A stretch of 47,626 nucleotides of DNA from Anaeramoeba ignava BMAN. Its lineage: Eukaryota; Protista; Anaeramoebae. Position numbers and translations under genes: made by a program. Within the stretch, counting starts at the first letter, position 1. Every line of letters starts with the position of its first letter. Positions 1 to 8,502 of the stretch are shown in pieces. The DNA lies in the NCBI GenBank assembly GCA_028826165.1, contig JAPDFW010000050.1, positions 1-47,626 of the forward strand, read 5' to 3'. Below the pieces are notes generated by a model. It did no database searches. It was not told the DNA's origin and saw only the letters and a list, made by a program, of their open reading frames with translations.

Positions 1-1008
1 AAATTATCACTCAGTAATGTTGATTGAAGAATTTGATTTCGAACAAAATCAGTTAAAAGTGTATTCACAAGGTTATCGATTGTATAACGGGCTTGGAAAA
101 AAGACGAATATGAACATACTCTATGAATTTACTGAAATCAAATCACCTTTTATTTGAAAATGATGATATTTTGATTTTTCTGTTGGTCATGCTCATACTT
201 TGATTTTAACATCACAAGGAAAGATGATCGGTGGAAGAAGTAATTTTAGGCAATTAAATGCTGCAAAAAGCTAGATATAAATTAAGACCAATTCAAATCG
301 AACTTCCAAATTAAAATTTAATGAAGAAATTTCCAATTATCATCTTTCTTGTGGTTATGAAAATCTTTTTCTTTTTGTCATGGTTTTCTAGACTTGAAGA
401 AGACTGATAAAATTATTTAGAAGAAAAGAATTTTGTAATATTTCATTTAAAAACAGAAAATGGAGAAATAATTGAATCATAAATTATTGAAATATAGATT
501 AAAAGATTATAAAAATGAAATTGAAAAACTTCAAAATTATTTCAAAAATCAATTAAAGAATCTAATCAAATATTTGAAATGATTTATTCAAACAAGAAAA
601 GTAAATCAAAAATTATATTCAGAAATTAAAGAAATTATAAATTCAAATGAAAAATAGAAGAAACAATGAAAAGAATTTATTTAAATGAAAAATGAAAAGA
701 TTTTTATAATTGAAAGAAAAGAAAAACAATATAAATTTCATAAATTAATATTAATAATGAGAAGTGAATTATATCGAGGAATGTTTTTATCTGTTACAAA
801 TGATACTCAAAATAAAGTTACAGATTATATAGTGAATTAAGCAATGAATCATTTCAAATATTTGAATATTGGATTTATTCAAATCAAAAAAAAGGAATTC
901 AAATTACACAAGAAATAATTGATGAAATTAAAATTGAATTGATTATTTTCAATTAAATCAAACAAAACCAAATTTATTTTGATTTATTAATTAAAAATTT
1001 AATAATTA
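1..1008 (+). pseudogene. RCC1-repeat + tandem BTB gene, copy 1 (5'-truncated by window edge; many apparent frameshifts)
   Basis: Nucleotide collinearity with 6970-8007. Readable fragments include YEFTEIKS, VGHAHTLILT, LFRRKEFCNISFK, KLILIMRSELYRGMFLSVT and FEYWIYSNQ. Many 1-2 nt indels could be sequencing error rather than true decay. Confidence 0.8.
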
Positions 1009-1125
1009 AAATTAAAATCAAAAATCAAAATCAAAATTAAAATTATTAAAATTAAAATCAAAATTAAAATTAAAATTAAAATTAAAATTAAAATTAAAAT
1101 CATTTTTCATTTTTCTTTTTCAAAA

Positions 1126-2927
1126 ATGAATGAAATTTTATTTTTCTTTGGAACCAATCACCAAAACTTATAAAAATGAACCAAATAAAATAAAAAAACC
1201 AATTCAATTTAAATTTGAAAATGAAAATGAAAATGAAAACAAATTAAACAAATTTCATTGTCAAATTTTTCAACAATTTTCCTTTAAAAATGGAAATGTA
1301 ATAGAATATTTAAATGAAAAATGGTTAAAACAAAATACTGAAAAATCAAATTGAAGAAAATATTCAAAAAGTAACTGTTGGTCTCAATGAAGTCTATTTT
1401 AACAATAGAAGGAAATGTATTTGCAAAAGGAGATGATATTAATCCAAAAAATCCAGATGAATTTATCAATATTTCATCATTAATTGAAGATACAAATGAT
1501 AGAATAATTAAAGATATTGTTTCTGGAGCTGATTCAATTTATTTATTAACTTCAAATCAAAATGTTTATGGAATTGGTTCAAATGAATATGGTCAACTTG
1601 GTTTTGATTCTGAAACACTTAATGAAACAAAAACCAATTTTAATGATGAAAAATGTTTCTAAAATATTTTCAGGAAAATTCAAGTTCATTTTTCTTTTAA
1701 ATTCAAATCAAGAATTATTTGGATGGGATATAATAGATGGTCAACTTGGATTAGGAGAATCAATAAGAAAGAAAAAATCAAAAATTAACCAAAATCCAAA
1801 ATATTCCAAAAGGTGAAATAATTGATATTCAATGTGGAGATCAACATTCAATAATGTTGATTGAAGATGAAAATCAAAATGAAAATCCAAAAAGAAAACT
1901 TTATTCATGTGGAGATTATGAATATAATGGACTTGGCAAAAACGAAAATACTTATGAATTTACTGAAATCAAATCATCTTTATTTGAAAATGATGATAAT
2001 ATTCTTGATTTTTCTGTTGGAAGACTTCATACTTTAATTTTAACTTCTAATTCAAAATTAATTGGATTTGGAGAGAATTTATTTGGTCAATTAGGAACTG
2101 GAAATACAAAAGATCAAAGAATTCCAATTCAAATTGAACTTTCTGAATTAAGATTTAATGAAAATATTTCTAATTATCATATTTCTTGTGGTGATGATAA
2201 TTCATTTCTTTATTATTCTCCTCCTTCTTTTTCCAATCTTGAAGAAGATTTGATAAAACTATTTAGAAGAAAAGAATTTTGTAATATTTCATTTAAAACA
2301 GAAAATGGAGAAATAATTGAAGCTCATAAATTAATATTGAAATATAGATTAAATCAAAATCAAAATCAAAATGAAAAACTTCAAGAAATTATTTCAAAAA
2401 AATCAATTAAAGAATCAAATCAAATATTTGAAATGATTTATTCAAACAATTCCAAAATAAATCCAAAATTATATTCCGAAATCAAAGAAATTATAAATTT
2501 AAATGAAAAAATTGAAGAAACAATGAAAAGAATTTATTTAAATGAAAATGAAAATGAAAATGAAAATGGAAAAGATTTTATTATCGAAAGAAAAGAAAAA
2601 CAATATAAATTTCCTAAATTAATATTAATAATGAGAAGTGAATTATATCGAGGAATGTTTTTATCTGTAACTGAAGATACTTCTAATAAAGTTACAGATT
2701 ATAGTGAATTAAGTAATAAATCATTTCAAATATTTGAATATTGGATTTATTCAAATCAAATTAAAGATGAAATTAAAATTACACAAGAAATAATTGATGA
2801 AATTCAAATTGGAATTGATTATTTTCAATTAAATCAAACAAATCCAAATTTATTAGATTTATTAATTAAGAAATTTAATAATCAAAATCAAAATCAAAAA
2901 AAGAAAGAAAAATGTTTAATTTTTTAA
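1126..2927 (+). CDS. RCC1-repeat + tandem BTB protein, copy 2, with C-terminal polybasic-CaaX (KKKEKCLIF); 5' third frameshifted in this sequence
   Basis: ATG at 1126 (MNEILF) is equivalent to the starts at 4310 and 6220. ORF fragments 1130-1354, 1378-1662, 1562-1816 and 1854-2927 tile one paralogue. GxNxxGQLG RCC1 motifs, AHKLIL and KLILIMRSELYRGMF BTB motifs. Confidence 0.85.
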
Positions 2928-3066
2928 AAAAGAAATTATTGATGAAATTCAAATTGGAATTAATTATTTTCAAATAAATTAAAATCAAAATCAAAATTAA
3001 AATTAAAATTAAAATCAAAATCCAAAAAAATTTTTTTTCATTTTTCCATTTTGAATAATCAAAACG

Positions 3067-4278
3067 ATGTTGTTAAGGAGAGACACACCAGTAGTAAAGT
3101 GTGTTCTTGTTGGTGATTCCAAAGTTGGACAAAATGAGATTTTAATAAGTTATCTTGAAAAAAAATATCCAGAAGGATACATTCAAACAGTTTTTGAGAA
3201 TTTTTCTGTGAAATTAAATGTTGATAATGAAGAAATTGAGTTGTCCCTATTTCAAACATCAGGATTAGAAGAATATGATAGTTTAAGGCCTTTATCTTAT
3301 CCAAATTCGAGTGTAGTTTTGATGTTTTTTTCGATTGATAATCATTCCTCATATACTAATATTGTCACTAAATGGGCAGGTGAAATGAGGCATTATATTG
3401 AAGGTGTTCCAGTTATTCTTGTTGGAAATCGAGTGGAATTAAGAGATGATCTAGAAATGATCAAGGATTTGAAACAAAGAGGAACTCATCTAATAAGTCA
3501 TGAAGAGGGACTTGAACTGGCAAAAAAAATAAAAGCAGTTAAATATTTGGAATGTTCTCCCCAAACCCAAAAAGGTATCAAAACAATTTTTGATCAAGCT
3601 GTTCGAGTTGGTTTGAATTACCAAAAATCACAAAAAATAGTTTATTCCAAAAAAGAAAAAAAGCAAAAAATAAAAGAAGAAAAACAAAAAATAAAAGAAG
3701 AATCGCAAGATTTTAAAATCAAATGTGTTGTTGTTGGTGATGATAACTCTCAAAGAACCGAAATGTTATATAATTTTAAAGTGGATGAATTTTCAGATCA
3801 AGAAATTCCAGAAATTTGTGAGAATTTTGTTGTTGAAATTGAATCCCAAGAAAGAATATATGTTTTGAATATATTTGATACAACAGGAAAAGAAGAATAT
3901 GAAGAATTCAGAAAGTTCACTTATCCTGACACTCATTTTGTTTTAATTTGTTTTTCAATTATAAACTCCATTTCTTTCGACAGTGTTATTTCTAAATGGG
4001 TTCCTGAAATTAAAAAGAATTGCCCTCATGTTCCATTTATTCTTGTTGGAAATCAAAATGAATTGAGAAATGATCCTCAAATTACCAAAATTATAGAAGA
4101 AAAAGGTTTAAAAATTATTACTTATCAACAAGGACTTGAACTAGCAAAAAAAATTCAAGCAATCAACTATTTGGAATGTTCTTCAAGAAATAAGAAGGAT
4201 TTGAAAGCAATTTTTGATGAAATTGTGCAATATTTTAATAATTTAAAATCAAAAAAACAAAAATGTTCTATTTTTTGA
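3067..4278 (+). CDS. Tandem two-domain Rho/Rac-family GTPase-like protein with degenerate G motifs and CaaX (KKQKCSIF), 403 aa, intronless
   Basis: Two copies of KCVxVGD...TVFENF/EICENF...TxGxEEY..LRPLSYP/FRKFTYP...KW..E...VPxILVGN...YLECS, each with a Rho insert helix, joined by a K/E-rich linker. Confidence 0.92.
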   Translation: MLLRRDTPVVKCVLVGDSKVGQNEILISYLEKKYPEGYIQTVFENFSVKLNVDNEEIELSLFQTSGLEEYDSLRPLSYPNSSVVLMFFSIDNHSSYTNIVTKWAGEMRHYIEGVPVILVGNRVELRDDLEMIKDLKQRGTHLISHEEGLELAKKIKAVKYLECSPQTQKGIKTIFDQAVRVGLNYQKSQKIVYSKKEKKQKIKEEKQKIKEESQDFKIKCVVVGDDNSQRTEMLYNFKVDEFSDQEIPEICENFVVEIESQERIYVLNIFDTTGKEEYEEFRKFTYPDTHFVLICFSIINSISFDSVISKWVPEIKKNCPHVPFILVGNQNELRNDPQITKIIEEKGLKIITYQQGLELAKKIQAINYLECSSRNKKDLKAIFDEIVQYFNNLKSKKQKCSIF

Positions 4279-4309
4279 AATTTCATTTTTATTTTTTTTC
4301 TTTTCAAAA

Positions 4310-6093
4310 ATGAATGAAATTATATTTTTTGGTTCAAATGAATATCCAAAACTTATTAAAAATGAACCAAATAAAATAACAAAACCAATTCAATTTAAAT
4401 TTGAAAATGAAAATGAAAATGAAAATGAAAATGAAAAACAAATTAAACAAATTTCATCAGGAGATTTTTCAACAATTTTCCTTTTTAAAAATGGAAAAGC
4501 AATAGAATATTTAAATGAAAAATGGTTAAAACAAAATCCTTCAAAAATCCAAATTGAAGAAAATATTCAAAAAGTAACTGTTGGTTATCTCAATGAAGCT
4601 ATTTTAACAATAGAAGGAAATGTATTTGCAAAAGGAGATGATATTAATCCAAAAAATCCGATGAATTTATCAATATTTCATCATTAATTGAAGATAAAAA
4701 TGATAGAATAATTGAAGATATTGTTTCTGGAGCTGATTCAATTTATCTATTAACTTCAAATCAAAATGTTTATGGAATTGGTTCAAATCATAATGGTCAA
4801 CTTGGTTTTGATTCTGAAACACTTAAAAAAACAGAAAAACCAATTTTAATGATGAAAAATGTTTCTAAAATATTTTCAGGAAATACTTCAAGTTCATTTT
4901 TTCTTTTAAATTCAAATCAAGAATTATTTGGATGCGGATATAATGGATTTGGTCAACTTGGATTAGGAGAATCAATAAGAAAAGAAGTATATATCAAAAA
5001 ATTAACCAAAATCCAAAATATTCCAAAAAGTAAAATAATTGATATTCAATCTGGAGAATATCATTCAATAATGTTGATTGAAGATGAAAATCAAAATGAA
5101 AATCCAAAAAGAAAACTTTATTCATGTGGAGATTATGAATATAATGGACTTGGCAAAAATGAGAAAACTTATGAATTTACTGAAATCAAATCATCTTTAT
5201 TTGAAAATGATGATAATATTCTTGATTTTTCTGTTGGAAGACTTCATACTTTTATTTTAACTTCCAATTCAAAATTAATTGGATTTGGAGAAAATTTATT
5301 TGGTCAATTAGGAACTGGAAATACAAAAGATCAAAGAATTCCAATTCAAATTGAACTTCCTAAATTAAGATTTAATGAAAATATTTCTAATTATCATATT
5401 TCTTGTGGATTTTACAGATCATTTCTTTATTATTCTCCTCCTTCTTTTTCCAATCTTGAAGAAGATTTGATAAAACTATTTAAAAGAAAAGAATTTTGTG
5501 ATATTTCATTTAAAACCAAAAATGGAGAAATAATTGAAGCTCATAAATTAATATTGAAATATAGATTAAATCAAAATCAAAATGAAATTGAAAAACTTAA
5601 AGAAATTATTTCAAAAAAATCAATTAAAGAATCAAATCAAATATTTGAAATGATTTATTCAAACAGAATTATAAATCCAAAATTATATTCTGAAATTAAA
5701 GAAATTATAAATTTAAATGAAAAAATAGAAGAAACAATGAAAAGAATTTATTTAAATGAAAATAAAAATGAAAAAGATTTTATTATTGAAAGAAAAGAAA
5801 AACAATATAAATTTCCAAAATTAATATTAATAATGAGAAGTGAATTATATCGAGGAATGTTTTTATCTGTAACTGAAGATACTTCTAATAAAGTTACAGA
5901 TTATAGTGAATTAAGTAATAATTCATTTCAAATATTAGAATATTGGATTTATTCAAATCAAATTAAAAAAGGAATTGAAATTACACAAGAAATCATTAAT
6001 GAAATTAAAATTGGAATTGATTATTTTCAATTAAATCAAACAAATCCAAATTTATTTGATTTATTAATTAATAAATTTAATAATCAAAATTAA
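4310..6093 (+). CDS. RCC1-repeat + tandem BTB protein, copy 3 (single -1 frameshift near 4660)
   Basis: ORFs 4310-4687 and 4849-6093 join if one A is restored in aatcc[a]gatgaa (compare aatccagatgaa at ~1451). Confidence 0.88.
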
Positions 6094-6189
6094 AATTAAA
6101 ATTTAAAATTAAAATTAAAATTAAAATCAAAATCAAAAATTAAAATCAAAATCAAAATCAAAATTAAAATTAAAATTAAAATTCCAAAA

Positions 6190-6219
6190 ATCATTTTTTC
6201 ATTTTTTTTCTTTTCAAAA
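6190..6219 (+). promoter_or_regulatory. Putative initiator-like element TCATTTT plus pyrimidine tract just before ATG (representative instance)
   Basis: The same TCATTTT...TTTTCAAAA motif lies before ATGs at 1126, 4310, 6220 and 8503 (TTTTAAAA at 46717); TCATTT also precedes 3067, 19066, 27307, 18666(-) and 43081(-). Confidence 0.5.
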
Positions 6220-8007
6220 ATGAATGATTGTTTATTTTTTGGTTGGAATCAATCACCAAAACTTATAAAAAATGAACCAGATAAAATAACAAAACCAATT
6301 CAATTTAAATTTGAAAATGAAAATGAAAATGAAAATGAAAATGAAAAACAAATTAAACAAATTTCATCAGGAGATTTTTCAACAATTTTCCTTTTTAAAA
6401 ATGGAAAAGCAATAGAATACTTAAATGAAAATGATTCAAATCAAAATCCTTCAAAAATCCAAATTGAAGAAAATATTCAAAAAGTAACTGTTGGTAATGA
6501 AAGTCAAGCTATTTTAACAATAGAAGGAAATGTATTTGCAAAAGGAGATGATATTAATCCAAAAAATCCAAAAGAATTTATCAATATTTCATCATTAATT
6601 GAAGATACAAATGATAGAATAATTGAGGATATTGTTTCTGGAGATAATTCAATTTACTTATTAACTTCAAATCAAAATGCTTATGTAATTGGTTCAAATG
6701 ATAATGGTCAACTTGGTTTTGATTCTGAAACACTTAAAAAAACAGAAAAACCAATTTTAATAATGAAAAATGTTTCTAAAATATTTTCAGGAAATTGTTC
6801 ATTATCATTTTTTCTTTTAAATTCAAATCAAGAATTATTTGGATGCGGATATAATTCATTTGGACAACTTGGATTAGGAGAATCAAGAAAAGAAACAAAA
6901 ATCCAAAAATTAACCAAAATCCAAAATATTCCAAAAGGTGAAATAATTGATATTCAATGTGGATTTAATCATTCAATAATGTTAATTGAAGAAGAAGATG
7001 AAAATGAAAATTCAAAAAGAAAACTTTATTCATGTGGAGATTATGAATGTAATGGACTTGGCAAAAATCAAAATACTTATGAATTTACTGAAATCAAATC
7101 ATCTTTATTTGAAAATAATAATATTCTTGACATTTCTGTTGGAAGTTCTCATACTTTGATTTTAACTTCTAATTCAAAAATGATAGTATTTGGAAGTAAC
7201 TATTATGGTCAATTAGGAACTGGAAATACAAAATATCATAAAGTGCCAATTCAAATTGAACTTTCTGAATTAAGATTTAATGAAAATATTTCTAATTATC
7301 ATATTTCTTGTGGATTTTACAGATCATTTCTTTATTATTCTCCTTCTTTTTTCAATCTTGAAGAAGATTTGATAAAATTATTTAGAAGAAAAGAATTTTG
7401 TGATATTTCATTTAAAACAGAAAATGGAGAAATAATTGAAGCTCATAAATTAATATTGAAATATAGATTAAATCAAAATCAAAATCAAATTGAAAAACTT
7501 AAAGAAATTATTTCAAAAAAATCAATTAAAGAATCAAATCAAATATTTGAAATGATTTATTCAAACAGAATATTAAATCCAAAATTATATTCTGAAATTA
7601 AAGAAATTATAAATTTCAATGAAAAAATTGAAGAAACAATGAAAAGAATTTATTTAAATGAAAATGAAAATGAAAAAGAAAAAGATTTTATAATTGAAAG
7701 AAAAGAAAAACAATATAAATTTCCAAAATTAATATTAATAATGAGAAGTGAATTATATCGAGGAATGTTTTTATCTGTAACAGAAGATAAATCTAATAAA
7801 GTTACAGATTATAGTGAATTAAGTAATAAATCATTTCAAATATTAGAATATTGGATTTATTCAAATCAAATTAAAGAAGAAATTCAAATTACACAAGAAA
7901 TAATTGACGAAATTCAAATTGGAATTGATTATTTTCAATTAAATCAAACATATCCAAATTTATTTGATTTATTAATTAATAAATTTAAAAATCAAAATCA
8001 AAATTAA
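6220..8007 (+). CDS. RCC1-repeat + tandem BTB protein, copy 4 (intact, 595 aa; RCBTB/IBTK-like architecture)
   Basis: Complete ORF. RCC1 blades (GSNDNGQLG, GYNSFGQLG, CGFNHS, VGSSHT, GSNYYGQLG), then a short BTB (EFCDISF...EAHKLIL) and a second BTB (KDFII...KLILIMRSELYRGMF...ILEYWIYS). Confidence 0.93.
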   Translation: MNDCLFFGWNQSPKLIKNEPDKITKPIQFKFENENENENENEKQIKQISSGDFSTIFLFKNGKAIEYLNENDSNQNPSKIQIEENIQKVTVGNESQAILTIEGNVFAKGDDINPKNPKEFINISSLIEDTNDRIIEDIVSGDNSIYLLTSNQNAYVIGSNDNGQLGFDSETLKKTEKPILIMKNVSKIFSGNCSLSFFLLNSNQELFGCGYNSFGQLGLGESRKETKIQKLTKIQNIPKGEIIDIQCGFNHSIMLIEEEDENENSKRKLYSCGDYECNGLGKNQNTYEFTEIKSSLFENNNILDISVGSSHTLILTSNSKMIVFGSNYYGQLGTGNTKYHKVPIQIELSELRFNENISNYHISCGFYRSFLYYSPSFFNLEEDLIKLFRRKEFCDISFKTENGEIIEAHKLILKYRLNQNQNQIEKLKEIISKKSIKESNQIFEMIYSNRILNPKLYSEIKEIINFNEKIEETMKRIYLNENENEKEKDFIIERKEKQYKFPKLILIMRSELYRGMFLSVTEDKSNKVTDYSELSNKSFQILEYWIYSNQIKEEIQITQEIIDEIQIGIDYFQLNQTYPNLFDLLINKFKNQNQN

Positions 8008-8450
8008 AATCAAAATTAAAATCAAAATTAAAATTAAAATGAAAATTAAAATTAAAATCAAAATCAAAATTAAAATCAAAATTAAAATCAAAATTAAAAT
8101 TAAAATGAAAATTAAAATTAAAATTAAAATTAAAATTAAAATCAAAATTAAAATTAAAATTTGATAAAAAATTAAAATCAAAAATTAAAATTAAAATTAA
8201 AATTAAAATTAAAATTAAAATTAAAATTTAAATTAAAATTAAAATTAAAATTAAAATTAAAATTTAAATTAAAATTAAAATTAAAATTAAAATCAAATTC
8301 AAAATTTAAAATTAAAATTAAAATTAAAATTAAAATTAAAATTTGATAAAAAATTAAATTCAAAATCAAATTAAAATTAAAATTAAAATTAAAAATTAAA
8401 ATTAAAATTAAAATCAAAATTAAAATTAAAATTAAAATCAAATTCAAAAT
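8005..8450. repeat. (AAAATT/AAAATC)n hexamer microsatellite; shorter copies at ~1006-1100, ~2980-3020 and ~6091-6183
   Basis: Directly visible downstream of each RCC1-BTB stop codon. Confidence 0.95.
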
Positions 8451-8502
8451 TATTTTTCATTTTTCATTTTTCATTTTTCATTTTTTTCTTTTTCAAAAAT
8501 AA

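Noticed and set aside
1-1860. Frameshifts in RCC1-BTB copies 1-3 as programmed frameshifting, phase variation or certain pseudogenisation
   Set aside because: Indels are mostly deletions in or near homopolymers and fade with distance from the window start (many, several, one, none). This fits low-coverage long-read error at a contig end; raw reads are needed.
1126-8007. Diversity-generating retroelement as the source of hypervariability
   Set aside because: No reverse transcriptase and no template/variable repeat pair in the window, and changes are not restricted to adenine positions of one template.
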